Assembly: GCF_009914755.1 (NCBI RefSeq)
Contig: NC_060926.1
Length of the DNA stretch: 64,000 nt
Direction: 5' to 3' (one strand)
Source: the human T2T-CHM13v2.0 reference genome, Homo sapiens
The translations under genes were made by a program, and so were the position numbers. Numbering within the stretch: the stretch's first letter is position 1; every line of letters begins with the position of its first letter. Positions 1 through 14,647 of this stretch are shown here, piece by piece. The notes under the pieces are model-generated. The model was not told the DNA's origin. It did not search any database and was given only the letters and a program-made list of their open reading frames with translations.

Positions 1-1845
1 GACTCTACTTTAGGGCATGTACTCTATGAATGGAGGCCTTGAGAAAGTTAGGCTTATGTATGTGTATAATTTTCTGCAGTGCGTAGAGGGCACCTACCTG
101 TTCTTTTTACCTCCCACGGAAACTATTGCAATGGCTGGCACAGTAAATACTTATTAAAGGTGTATTAAATATATTTAATAATACTTTATTATCTTATATT
201 AAAAAGTTTATTAACCACTTTACATGTGTATCCCACTTCCCAACTAGATTATATGCTCCCTGTATTCTGGGGACAAGGTGTATGCCAATTTTGTAATCCA
301 TAAAATCTACCACATGCTAAATTCAAAGGAGATACTCAATAAAACTCATTCTTAAAGACACTTGTGATCTTACAAACATCCCTTTAAAAAGTTGAGACAT
401 CTTTCTGCTGAGCCTTAAGTTTAATTTTAATATCAGAGATTTTCCATAAATCTACCAAACCCCAGAAATGACTCCTCTTTTGATTCTGCAATTCTGGGCT
501 TTCTTATCTTGGGCTGTGCTTAAAAATAAAATATCTAGTACATTTACCTAACAAGGCATTTGCCTAATTAATGCAAGTTAAATGGATTACAAAGAAGAAA
601 AGTAGTTATCAAAAATCCTTTCCTGTAATTAGGGGATTATGATGCCTAGCAGGGGAAGGTGAAAAATGTATAGTACATAATGTAAATATACATATTTACA
701 TTTATATATTATATAATTTAAAAAAGCATTGGTAAACTATTCTTAAATGTACAGGTTTACATTAACATAACCATACTCCTCAAAGGTCTGATATTTCCTT
801 TAGAGTTATTATTTTAATGAACAGAACCCTCAAGAGAACTGCTCATAGATCAGTAACCACTGTAACTTTTTTTTTAATGAGAATAAGACCATTTTGGAGC
901 TACAAAATGGAGACCACTGCTGAGAACAAAAATTAAGGAAAGTGATTACAGAGTATGATAAAAGTGATTACAGTATATGGATTTACTAACTTATAGGACC
1001 CAAATAGGAAACCTTCAATGAGAATACTTCTTCCGTCATCAGCTCATTCCTTTCTAGATATAGCACAGAATCAACAACTGATAATTTAAAGAAACTGGCA
1101 GTACTTTTAATCTCTTCACTTGTTACATCTTAGCTATACAGGAGACCAAGAATGGAATGTGATTCTCAAACAAAAATCACAAGATTATTAACTGGGAAAA
1201 AATCATAAAAGAAAGAGACTTCCATTATCATCAGCAGAACCCCCTTCACGTGGGATGTTATTCAGCAATGAATATTTCAAACTAAATATAGTGCATGTTG
1301 ATATGTGTGCATTTTCTGAATGCTATCTTCTAGAAAGAACAGTCAGAATATACCTGGGGGAAAAGGAAGCAAGATCTTCAAGACAGAAAAAGAAGTGGGG
1401 AGGGGAGGCAAAGGATAAAATGTAAAATTAAGGGGCTATTATATCCATGCACAGGGGCCTCACCCAGATTATCCCCCAAAATGCTAAATGGAAGTTACAA
1501 ATCAATTCTCTGAGTACTCACAAGACGATAAATCCAGTCATCTTGAATTTTTTCCAAATAGATACTAAAAAGCAGGATGCTATACTGATATTACAATACG
1601 TTCGTGGAAATGGGAAATCTTATTCTTTTCCATAAAGTCTTAGTTAACCTCTGAAATGAATGTTCTGAGTAGATAAACACTAGAATAACGTGCATTATTC
1701 TGAATTCATTTGTTTTATGTTCAAGATTTAGCCAGTTTTACTTCTAAATGACAGCTCCACCAAAGCTCATTTATACATTCCTCCAGCTTCCCCAATCTTC
1801 GAATTACTTCTTCTGCATATGTTTCTTAAAGGAATAGCTATGACC

Positions 1846-1893
1846 CCTCATATAAAATTCTATACTATTCCTCATATAAAATTGTATACTATT
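1846..1893. repeat. 24-bp tandem duplication
   Basis: cctcatataaaatt[c/g]tatactatt x2, one mismatch. Confidence 0.9.
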
Positions 1894-3259
1894 CACCCAA
1901 GGAGACAGCTCTGTCCTAATCCATAAAAATGTATTAAATAGAACATATAAAGCATGATGGTGTGAATCTAATTGCCGCTTATGCTAGGAGGTTCAGAAAT
2001 TTGAATTTGCTCTTTCAAGTCTATGTTCTATTGAACATTTCCTGCTTACAGATAATTACTCTCAGCTAGAAAAAGATGCTATCTGTCATAACAGAACTAA
2101 TGCAACCAACCAATAATCCTATACATCATTATGTGCAAATGTCTTGGGTTTTTGTTTTTTTACATTTAAAATTACTTTGTCTCTTCATAAGAGTCAGTTT
2201 TTTCATACATGTGACTCCTCTGCATCATATACATCCCATGGAAGCTTTAATCTTCACACAAGGGGAAATTTTAATCTTCGAATACCACTGTCATTAGTAT
2301 ATAAATTAAAGTATATTTATTGAATTAATAAGAAAATGTTTCTAACTTATAATTTATAAGTATATTTTAAAGAGTTAGTAGCATGTCGGAATCAATAACA
2401 CCAATTGTACATCTCCCTTGGCTAGCTGGGTCCACTTCCTCTTGTGTTTCCTTTTTGGTTCTTTCCTTTTCACTCAACCCACTGGGGCCTCAGTACCACA
2501 AATGTGCTCACAGCTCCCAAATCCTTGGCTCCAGATCCAATTATTCAGCTCTCTGTTGGGTAGCCAACATATCTCCAAAAGCAGCACATTCAAAACAGAA
2601 TCACTGTCTTCCCCTGAGAATCTATATTCCATATCTAGATTAATGGCATCACAGATCACCCAGTTGGTTGCCTAAGCCAAGAGCCACCCTAGACTTCTTT
2701 TTCTCCATTACCCTTCACATCCTGTCACCAAATCATCCTTAATATATCTAGACTCTGTTACTCACCTCCAGCCCCCTACTAAGTTCAGTTAAGCATTCAT
2801 CTCTTTCCTAGACTGGCAATTATTTCCTAACTGGTTCTCCACTTTCAGATTTATCCCATGTCAATCCACCTTTCATATCCACGCCTGACTAATCCTTTTA
2901 TAGTGAAAAGTCTGATCACATGATTCCCATGCCTCAAGCCTTTCATTGGCTCCCCACTGTCTCCAGCAGAGGCACAAGCTCAAATATTTGCCAGGGGCAG
3001 GCAGGTACAAAAGTGAGTAAAGGGGGCTGGGTGTAAAATGACAGGTGGTGGTTGGGACTACACCCAGAGGAAGAGGCACATGCTCCGTCTCAAGGCACTT
3101 AAGGGAGGCAGCTGCTTTGACTCCAGCCAGTTGCTGCCACATAGGAATGAGTGTAGGCCTGCGGTCACCAGATGTTCCAATTTTTCAAGAGAAGCTGGAA
3201 GCCTGGATTTGTATGCACAATTTCCAAAATGTTCATGTTGAAAATACACCCACATTCTT

Positions 3260-3804
3260 TTTAAATTTTTTAATTTATTTCCATAGTTTTTTGGGGAAAC
3301 AGGTGGTATCTGGCTACACGAATAAGTTCTTTAGTGGTGATTTGTGAGATTTTGGTGCACCCATTTCCCGAGCAGTATACAGTGAACCCAATTTGTAGTC
3401 CTTTATCCCTCACTTTCTTCCCACCCTTTCTCCCTGAGCCCCAAAGTCCATTGGTCATTCTTATGCCTTTGCATCCTCATAGCTTAGCTCCCACTTACGT
3501 GTGAGAACATAAAGTGTTTGGTTTTCCATTCCTGAGTTACCTCACTTAGAATAATAGTCTCCAATCCCATCCAGGTTGCTACAAATGCCATTACTTCATT
3601 CCTTTTTATGGCTCAGTACTAGTATTCCAGTACATATATGTGTGTGTGTCTGTGTGTGTGTGTGTATTTACATATATATATATTTATTTACATATATATA
3701 TACACACACATATATACATATATATGCACACATATATATGTGTGTGTGTATATATATATATACACATATATATATGTTTCTTTAACCACTCCATTGATGG
3801 GCAT
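3260..3804 (-). mobile_element. L1PB1-like 3' end, 5'-truncated
   Basis: L1PB 3'UTR sequence; 20-bp TSD gaaaatacacccacattctt (3240-3259) / gaaattatacccacattctt (3805-3824). Confidence 0.85.
3632..3776. repeat. Compound (TG/TA/CA)n microsatellite inside the L1PB
   Basis: Alternating dinucleotide runs. Confidence 0.95.
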
Positions 3805-4589
3805 GAAATTATACCCACATTCTTAAAAACAAACATATGAAGCCCTAGCTTAATATTCAGGCTATCAAATTTCAACCTCTCCCGAACTAGATAAAACTCC
3901 GATTCTTAGCATGACATGCCAGGCCCTCTATTATCTGTCAAAGAACATTCATTCCTTTCTTCTCCCCACATACAACCTGTGTTCCACCCACACCAAACAT
4001 CAAACTCGCCGTGCTTTTTTGCAGCTCCCGTGGCTTTGGATAGTCTTCTCCACTTCTGGAATGCCCTGCCACACCTACACACCTCTTGTTTTAATAGGAA
4101 AATGTTATTTGCTTGCCTAGACTCAGCTCAAGCATCTCTTCCTCTGTAATGCCTTCCCAGACCCAGGACGAGACAAGGCAATCATTTCACTCTTGGTATT
4201 ACCACCATATCGAGGACATGTACTTCTTACATAATTAGTCACACTGAATTGAAAATTTTATTTTACAGTTGCCTTCGCTATCAGAAAATACAGGTTTTTA
4301 AGGGCAAGGACTGTTGTTATTCAGTGTTTTACATCTACCCCTAGGTCATAACCTATTAGCAGACATATAATAGTATTAGAACTAAACAGGAGATAAGTAA
4401 CTATGTCATTTTAACAATAGAAAAACATATAAATTAGAGATTGCCATTGATCTCTAAAAGAATTTAACTCTGCTTTCATATAAATATAAAACCTCAGTCT
4501 TAACTGAAAAAGTGTCCATTATCTCTCTGCCTTTTCTCCCGGACTGGTCAGTCCTTCACTCACGATACAGTGGCTTCAGCCCTATTTTC

Positions 4590-5120
4590 TGTCCCTATAG
4601 TTTTGCCTTTTCTAGAACGTTATATAAAAGGCATTACACAGTATGTAGTCTTTGTGGTTGGCTTCTTCCACTTAGCATAATGTATCTGATGCTCATCCAT
4701 GTTGTTCCGTGTATGAGTGGTTGATTCCTCTGAATACTTTGAGAAGTATTCCATTGTATGGATGCACCACGGATTGTTTATACATTCATTAGTTGTAGGA
4801 CGTTTGGGTTGTTTCCAGTTTTTGATGATCACAAATTAAGCTGCTACACACATTCATGTGCAGGTTTTGTGTGAACATAAGTTTTTATTTCATTTGGATA
4901 AATAATCAGTAGCATTGCTGAGTCGTACATGTTTAACTTTATAAAAAACTGCCAAACTGTTTTTCCAAAATGGCTGTACTTTTCTGCCTGTCCGTCAGCA
5001 ATGCATAAGGGTTCCAGTTGTGCTTCTTCACTAGCACGTGATATTGTCAGAGTTTGGAGGGTTAGTTTTCTGGGGGAGAGGGGTTGATTTACGCCCTCTT
5101 ATAGGGTGTAGTAATATCTT
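4590..5120 (-). mobile_element. Old L1M (MC/ME) fragment
   Basis: Reverse frame gives WKQPKRPTTNECINNPWCIHTMEY, similar to the L1 ORF2 C-terminus. Confidence 0.75.
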
Positions 5121-5239
5121 ACACCTCCTTTAAAGCATTTGCCTGACCTCCTTTAAACTCCTCCTTCACTATTCTTTATTAGCTGATAAATCAAACATCT
5201 GTGTACCATCTCACGTCCTCTATACCAAATTTTTAAAAT

Positions 5240-6135
5240 TTTCCAGATTTATTGAGGTATAATTGACAAACAAAATTATATTAAGGTATACAACATGATG
5301 ATTCTATATCTATGAATTTTGTGACATGACTACCACAATCAAGTTAGTTAACACATTTATCACCTCACCTAGTAACCCTTTTTGTTTTGTTTTGTGGTGA
5401 GAATATTCAAGCACATTTCAAATATACAATTTAGGACTGTTAACTATAGTTACCATGCTGTATATTAGATCCCCTGAACTTATTTATCTTATAAATGAAA
5501 GTATGTACCCTTTGACTATGGTCATCTCCCCTTTCCTCCCATGCCCTTGCCCCTGGTAACCATCATTCTACTCTCTGCTTCTATGAGTTCAACATTTTTA
5601 GATTCCACATGTAGGTGAGATCATGCAGTATTTTATTTTCTCTAACTTATTTTACTTAGCACAGGTTCATCCGTGTTGCTGCAAATGGCAGAATTTCCTT
5701 CTTTTTATGGCTGAATACTATTCTGTTGGATATACACATGCCACAATTGCTTGATCCTTTCATCCCTTGATGGACACTTAGGTTGTTTCCATATCTTGAC
5801 TGTTGTGAATAATGAACACAGAAGTGCAGCTATCTTTGATTGGTGATAATTTCATTTTCTTTGGGTATATATTCAGAAGATGAATTGCTGGGCATATGGT
5901 AGTTCTACTTTTAATTTTATGAGGAACACCTATACCATTTTTTTCATAATGGCTGTACCAATTTACATGCCCACCAACAGTGTAGAAGAATTCCTTTTTC
6001 TCTACATCTCACTGACGCTCATTCTCTCTTGTCTTTTTGGTCATGCCATCCTTTCAGGTGTGAGACGGTATCTCATGGTGGTTTTAACCTGCATTTCCCT
6101 CATGTTTGAGCACATGTTCATGTACCTGTTGGCTC
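5240..6135 (-). mobile_element. L1MA8/9-like 3' fragment
   Basis: Starts with tttattgaggtataattgacaa; L1MA 3'UTR and ORF2 end. Confidence 0.75.
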
Positions 6136-6149
6136 TTGGCCAACCTCTT

Positions 6150-6675
6150 AACTGCAGCTATTGTTGTGGCAACCAGCTGCTCATAGGTAGGACCTGGCAG
6201 CAACTCAACCTTATCTCACTTGTGCCATGTATCTCACTTTCTGCTCCAGGGTTTCTCTGCCCTCCAACCCCCATGTAAAGTGTTTGCAAAAACTTATTCA
6301 TTCTGAAGCATGTGTAAACCTAGAAATGCAAGAAAGTTTATACCCTATTGGTCAACCCTTGACCACTGGTGGAGAGAAGCTGATGAGTACATGTTTCTCT
6401 CTTCCACCCCTTCCCCTTGGAAGAATAGTTATAAGGCACATTCTCTGTGGCTCCTCACAGGATACCTAATTGGAATGAACACAGATGAACACTGTAGTGC
6501 CCATAGTGGTGACCAACAAAATAATGCATCCTTGGAATGGCTTTTCCTCCTTCCTTGTTTGACTCTTTCAAAGCCTCTACTTTTCTTCCTTGATGTATGT
6601 CATTTTCTGAAATAAATTACCTGCACATAAGCCCTTGTCTTGGGCTCCACTTTAGGTGCTATCCCTGCTAAGTCT
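6150..6675 (+). mobile_element. ERVL LTR (LTR16/LTR33-like)
   Basis: 3' end aataaattacctgcacataagcccttgtcttgggctccac is typical of the family. Confidence 0.5.
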
Positions 6676-8072
6676 AAAGGAAGTAAATAACAGAACAAAG
6701 TAGAAAGTATTTCAGTTCAAAAGGGAAGTTAACAACAGAACAAAGTAGAACCTACACTAATATTCTCTGTAAGGAACACAAGTATGCATTTTTTCCTTCT
6801 TTGGTGAGTAATATTTTTAGGCATGTCTTCAAGCATGAGATATAAGATTGCAAAGTTACATGGCTAAACTGTTGGATTTTTAATACTTAAGTATGTCTCT
6901 TCAATTAGAATCATAAGGAGATATATGAACACAGTATTTTAGACTTATTGAAAAGCAATAAAATAGTAATGTCAAACTTGCTAAACATTAACATTTATTC
7001 TTCACTAAAGTCATTTGTAAATTGGCATTGTTTTATTTTACCTGCACATTTTGTGACACATCCTCATGAGAATAATATGAAAAACAAGTGAGGTGGCTTG
7101 TATAGGTTTGGTCTCATACAGAAGCGGGGTATTACTCTGTACAAGGATTCATGCCAGGGCTGGAGAGATGACACAAGTGTACTAAGCATTGTATCATTTA
7201 GGACACAAGCAAATAGCAAAGGATAGGGTTACTTTACTTTGTACGAGGAAAAGAGTCCTTGATTCTGATAACCAACCATTAAAGCTATACTCAAGTGACT
7301 CAGATGAATCCTACACATAAGAAATGTCCATATAGAGAACAATTCATAGGTAAACCTGGGATCTTGTAAAGGATTGGATTGTTATCACTTTTGACAACTG
7401 ACACCACTTGCCATGGCTGTCCATACAAAAGTAGCTTTTGTCAGCAAGCACGAGAAAGCTAGTCTATTCCGAAGGATAGATTTCTCAAGTTCCTTGATGG
7501 TGATACAAATATAGCTCAACTCTTTTTGGCACAGCTTTCTGGCACATGCATATTACATATACATGTTGATTATATCCACAGGCACTGTTACCAGGGGGGA
7601 GTACTTTTCCAATTATAGAAAGCACTCTTAGTATTTTCAAAATGGTAAAAGCTGATACAGTGGTAGACAGAAGCCACATATGTGCACCCTATCAGAGGAT
7701 AGTTCCTGAATTTCATTCAACGTTTCACAACATCATAGATAAATGCTGGAAAATAGCTCCTGAGACAAATGGAAAATCTACATTGGATTTGATTTCAGAT
7801 AAAAATGTATAAGGGAAAATTCTATAAATAATTGTTTAGTTTTATAACCAAGCATTGCAAACATTTGTAACATAGTGCCTTTGTGAAATTGATCCATTCA
7901 CTGTTTCAGCATAATCATCATCACCTTCACTTTCATCATCTAATAGATTTAATGAAGAAGATTTTGGGGGGGTTAATAAGCTACTTTGAGGCTTTTATAT
8001 ATACTTTTCTAAATCTCTCAATTACTAATTCACCACTAAATGAATACCTTGCAATATATCTATGCTTCTTAA

Positions 8073-8594
8073 CAGTAGTCCCCCCTTATCTATGGTTTCA
8101 CTTTCCACAGTTTCAGTTACCCAAGGTCAGCCATGGTTAGAAACATATTAAATGGAAAATTTCAAAAATAAAACATTCATAAATTTTAAGTTGCATGCTG
8201 TTCTGAGTAGTGCGATGAAATTTTGTGCCGTCCTGCAGTATCCTGGCCAGATGAATCATTCCCTTGTTTAGCACATCCATGCTGTATGCACTACCTGCCC
8301 ATTAGTCACTTTGCAGCCATCTTGGTTATCAAATCAACAGATCAGAAGTAGAAAGGTGAGCACAGTACAGTAAAGTATTTTGAGAGTGAGAGACCACGTT
8401 CATATAACTTGTATTGCAATATGTTGCTATAATTGTCTTATTATTATTCTTGTTCAGCTCTTACTGTGCCTGATTTATAAATTAAACTTTATCATAGGAA
8501 AATAATATAAATACAGAATTTGGTACTATCTGTGGTTTTAGGCATCTACTGGGGGTCTTGGACTGTATTCCTCATGGATAAGGGGGGACTATTA
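8073..8594 (+). mobile_element. MER44-type Tigger7 MITE
   Basis: TIRs cagtagtccccccttatc / gataaggggggactatta, followed by TA. Confidence 0.85.
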
Positions 8595-9649
8595 TAGTAT
8601 GGAAATCAGATATGTGACTACTAAGTATTTTTATTTAGGGTTACTACTGTCATTTAAACAACATGCCTTAAAACCAAGCTTACTGATTTTGTCACAAAAG
8701 TGAATTGCTCTTCCTGTTTCTCTATTTCCCTAACTACTTTAGCTTAGAAATCTCAGGCATCCTACATCCTTTGCTTCCATGTGACAAGTTGCATTAATTC
8801 ATTCTTTGTTTTATTTGATCCTTCTTTTCCATTTCCACTTCTCCAATCCAAGTTCAAAAGGCAGGGCTGATGTTCAGTTGGTTAATATCAGGACAAAATA
8901 TAAGTTAGCTCTTAGATGACATGAAAATTGTCTAACAAGCTTAAAGACAGCATTCCAAGAGGTTTCATAAGAAGATTTATAGTGGGAAATTCTGGGGAAA
9001 GCACAAAGAACTTTAGCTCAATTTCAGACTTAAGAATCATCTTGGAACAATCTCAGTAACAAGCAGAGCATGTGCTAGAGGTAGAGACCAACACAGTATA
9101 TGAGTCCTAAATGCACACTGGTCTCATTGATGGAGAAGAAGGGTACAGTAATATTTCTCTATACCTCTGGTTTATGGAAGGTGAAGTATAGTTCTCGGAT
9201 GAATGGAATAAAGTATTCTTGAATAAAAGTCAAAAAGAAAAAGTACACAACTACTGCCAATTCTTTGGTAATTCTTATCTTTGACATAGATGAGAAAAAG
9301 AGGAAACTCTATAATGCCTTAACTATAGGTTAAATATGAAGCTGTCTCCAGGCAAGGCAGACTCAGACCTTTTGATGAAGCTGCAGAATCCCCAGCCCCT
9401 GAGAGTAGGATGCACAGTGCTGTGCCGAGATGGATGTATAGTAGCTTATTGCAGAGGATGAGGCAGCCAAATGCAGGTCTGATGTGGGGAATCTATCTTC
9501 TTGGAGTATCCACTCAACGTTCAAGAAGAACTGGTCTTGAGTCAAGCATACCAACTCCTATACTTCTGCTCATTCACTGGGAAAGCATGAAACAATGAAA
9601 TCCAGAATGTATCTCATCCACCATAAAAACTCCTCTCAGAATTTGAAGT

Positions 9650-9780
9650 CTTGTGATAAGCAGGTGAGGTGATGGATATATTAATTAGCATGACTTAATC
9701 ATCCCACAATGTATACATACAGCATAACACCACATTGCTCTCTATAAATATATGTAATTATTGTTTGTCAATTTAAAAAG
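9650..9780 (+). mobile_element. L1MA/MB extreme 3' end
   Basis: gaggtgatggatatattaattagc...tgtcaatttaaaaa. Confidence 0.65.
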
Positions 9781-10959
9781 GATTTAAAGCCTTGGAAACA
9801 TATGAAGTGGATTCACTTTTTCTTCTAATATGAGATGATGACTTTGGAAGAGGCTGGAGGATGTGAGAAGTGAGTAACTGGCTATGAAAAAAGAACCAAG
9901 AAAGGATTTTCTTTCTGTGCTACAAATTATGATTTAGATGAACATTTTATAACAATCAGAGGAAAATTTTGATAGGAGTCATACAGACCTGATACAGAAG
10001 GCATCAAGCTAAAAGAAGATGAAGATGGGTTAAAAGTCTATATTTTGGTGATTGCAGGCATGATATATAGGGAACAACAGTGAAGGACCTGATTAGTAGT
10101 AAACATAATAACAATATACCCCCAATGTCCCGAGATTTCTTTGAGCAGTGATTACACATGAAATCATATTTATATTTGTGTAAAAATGTTATTGCCTCCT
10201 CATGCTTACCTCCTTCCACTATAAAATGTCCCCCAAAGTACTTCTGGGGTGTAACAGAAGATACACTAACAAGAAAGTGCCTGATGGGCACGTGCGTCTT
10301 TGTTTGCAGACCTCAGGGGAAGATCTGCCATCTCCTACTATGCATCCACTAAATCTGCAGCTGCTCTTACAGAAGCTCTCTTTGAATGCCATCTCCCGAC
10401 GCTCACAAAGATGCCACACCCTAGAGGTGCTAGCTGACCCTGCATTCCCTCTAGTATTTCTGTGCCACAGTGATTCTGGGTTCCTTACAGAAATGAATCA
10501 TGCTTATTACTTGCTGATTTGATGGACTCATTCACTGTGCCATCCCTCCATCACTAACTCTCATGCATCTGTCTCAGGCAACTGCAGAGATTTATGACAT
10601 GAACTTATAGGGTCAATTTAGGTTCAGCATGATCTACCTTGCTACACTGTGCCTCCCCCACCCAACCAAAAAAAAATATTACAAGTGCTTAGGAAAGGAT
10701 TCCAACGTCAGCCACCGATTCCCCAGAAAAGAGGATAGTGTTTTCTTTGCAACTCCCTGGCCCTTCCTCTGGGCTCAGAGCCAAGGGTTACTGGCCTCCA
10801 GGGCTATGTTCCAGGATAACAGTTACTCCAACATATAGATGACCCCATACTAGAAGCGAGAATTCATGAAGTTTTGCATGGGACTTCAGATTTTACTGGA
10901 ATGTCCCTAGATGTCATTAGCCTCTGAATACAAATGAAGTTCCCCAAGTTTAGGCTCTG

Positions 10960-11110
10960 GCTATTCAACATGTAGTTTGTGAACCAGCAGCACAAGTATC
11001 ATCTAGGAGCTTGTTAGATATGCAGTCTCAGGCTTCACCCCAGAATCGGCAGTTTAAAGAGATTTTCAGGTGATTCAGGTTTACATTAAAGTATGAAAAG
11101 ATGTTATAGA
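10960..11110. mobile_element. MER5-type hAT-Charlie MITE
   Basis: accagcagc...ggagcttgttaga...caggtgattc...cattaaagt. Confidence 0.6.
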
Positions 11111-12945
11111 CTATGTCCCTGAATTTTTCCATTTTAGAAAATTACTGACAGCAACACCATTCATGGGTTTGTCATGAATACAAACATCTAGATCCATCGA
11201 CACCTGCAGCTGTCATAGTCACTGTGTTAAACATAGGTGCAAGCAACTGGCCAATGTGTCTCCTGGTGATGTCACATCCAAATATTTACACATTAAAATA
11301 TATATTATTTTATGCTCAGTTATTTTATTTTTATTTCTCTTTTACATTACTGTTCAGGCATTAATTTTATTTTCAAGCTGTGTAAGTCAGCCAACTATAT
11401 TTCCTATGGATTTCATTCGGGGAGAGTAAATGAAATATTATAGAGTATTTGTTACAAAAAGGGAGCATTGGGTCTAAGAGAATTGACAACCAACGGTTAT
11501 GAGAAGCCATCCAACAAGTTTATAGCAGGAAAGTAACATGGTCAGATTTGTTTCAAGTAGATTATTCTGGTGGCTATTTGGAAGATGGATTTAGGATCAC
11601 AAGGCTGGTGGTAGAGAAGTCAATGTGGGAGAATACTACTATAGTCCAAGTGAGTCTGACAGGTGGCTGGGGACCAGAAGAAAAACTGGCCAGTGAAGAT
11701 TCTCAGAAGCAAAGATAAAAGGATTTCAAGATGAAAGGAGCAAGTCAACAGAGTCACACGGATTTATATGAATTCTATAAATTGGCCACAAAATGTGGGA
11801 ACAAGGCCAACTCACTTTGCCTTGGCAGGAGTGTTGGAGGGCAAGGAACAAGGAAAAGGAGGAGGAGGAAGAAGAAACACTTGCTCTCTTTTCTCTGAGC
11901 AGCATTCTCCCCTTCATCCCTACTTCCTCACAAGTGATTCTGTAGTCTTTGGGAAATGCCATCGCTAAGAATCTGTAGAATAAATTCTAGTCCCAAATCA
12001 AATGCCAATGAGCTGTGTAACTTCTGGCTAGCCAATTTTCTGTGACTCAATGTCCTTACCTGTGGCTTCAGGATAATAATTTGTCCTCTCTTATAAGATA
12101 GCTCTGATGACAGGAAAATATATGTCAAAGTATTTTGCAAAATTAAGGAAGAGAACTAATTGTGATTGTTATATTATTTAGGTTTAGACAATATAATAGG
12201 TTTCCATTCATAGCATCTGGATGCACGAGTGGGAGCCAGGCCATTTGCTTCTAGGTAATAATTAGGTTTTTCCTTTCTCAAAAAATAAAGAACTTTTTGA
12301 TATTAGCACTTCTCTATGGCTTTATACTAGGGAATTTATATGAACAAAGAGGCCTAACGGTTCTGTGGCTTTTTGGAGTCTCTTTCTTTATCAAATCCCT
12401 GTCAATCTAGTTTTATCATCAAAGTATATTCTTTAGAGGCCTTTGGTGACAGCTGGAAGTCAGAGTTGCAGTTGGTTATATTTATGCAAAGTATTTTCTA
12501 AAAGATTCTTGATGGGAAAAATTTAAATTGAAAAAAAAAAAACTCTGGAGAAATTACTATTGCTTTGGAAGAGTGTAAGTAGTCATGATGACTCTGAAAA
12601 AGTATATCCTATGATGAGGGTTTCTCTTACAATGGAAGTTCCAGACAGACTCTTCTATGCACATCATCAGTACTTCTCTGTACCCATAGAAATTTATGGC
12701 CTGAACATCTATTCACTTTAAAATCAAAGAATTATCATTATACCTATAGATTCCTGAAAGGCTTTAAAAAATGTCTAATTTATCAAAAAAAAAAAGAGTA
12801 AATGGATTTGGTTAAGTAAAAGGATTAACATGTAAAATGGTGATATGTGGTTCTAAGTTATTTATATGACTTGGAGCTTTTCAAGAGTCTTCTCAGGTCA
12901 GGATGAGACACTGGGAGTTTACTGGGTTTGCATTAAAAACCGCCT

Positions 12946-13390
<445 letters not shown>

Positions 13391-14225
13391 TCATTATACT
13401 CGTGAGCTGCCTTTAAGACTGGGCATGAAGTTATCACATTAAGTGAGCTGAAACTCCATTCAGACACACAAGACAGCATTTCCTTTATCACTGATGAGGA
13501 CTTTTCTTTCAGCCATTTGAAATTGTGAAGAAGGCATTTGATACGGTCCTTTATACACAGATAATTATGGTGCTGAAACAGACTTTGAAAAGGCCACTTA
13601 GGTCAGACTAAGCCCTGTGATTTTAAATGTCACACATTTGTTCTAGAATATGTATGCTTTGTTAATATGACAAATAGAAAAAGTATGATGTTTCATGCTA
13701 ATTATCAGCCTACAAATTCCAAACTGCCCAGCTAATACTAGAAATTTACTAAAAGATGTAAATCCACTACAGAGATACTGACATTGCATTTTACATGCAA
13801 ATCACAGAAGTTTAGAGCTGGAGATAATGTAGCTCAACTCTCCTCTTTGACAGATGAAGAAATTCAGGTACCTTAAGTCCAATGGTGGTTTGCAAATTAA
13901 TATTGCAAATGTATAGAGACTATACCATTATTGAAGAATTTTCCCAGTGCCATTGCATGTAGTTAGTTGTGCAAGTTGAATAAATGCACATCACAACTCG
14001 AGGGGATGATAACATTTGCATAAAGTTGGGCAGTACAGTATACAACTTCAATGGCTATTCACAGCAGGGTTGGCTATTTCATGCAAAAAGTCCTTTAAAG
14101 GATTTGGCCTACATTTCCTTGAGGTGATAATGACCATTCCTGATACTTACCATTCACACCTACCGAGAATGTTCCAAATTAAGCTAATGTTTTGTCATAG
14201 TCAAGGAGAATAATGATTGATCTAA

Positions 14226-14647
<422 letters not shown>

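Larger units (their letters stand above)
2990..3880 (+). mobile_element. hAT-Charlie (MER102-like) fragment split by an L1PB insertion
   Basis: tcaccagatgttccaatttttcaagagaagctggaagcctggattt resembles MER102; boundaries approximate. Confidence 0.45.

Noticed and set aside
3576-3875. CV/YI-rich ORFs (also PPSL/GRKE ORFs at 30610-30916)
   Set aside because: Microsatellite translation artefacts
10004-10522. Cluster of overlapping ORFs as a possible exon or processed pseudogene
   Set aside because: No recognisable protein, no CCDC148 match, no poly(A) or TSD
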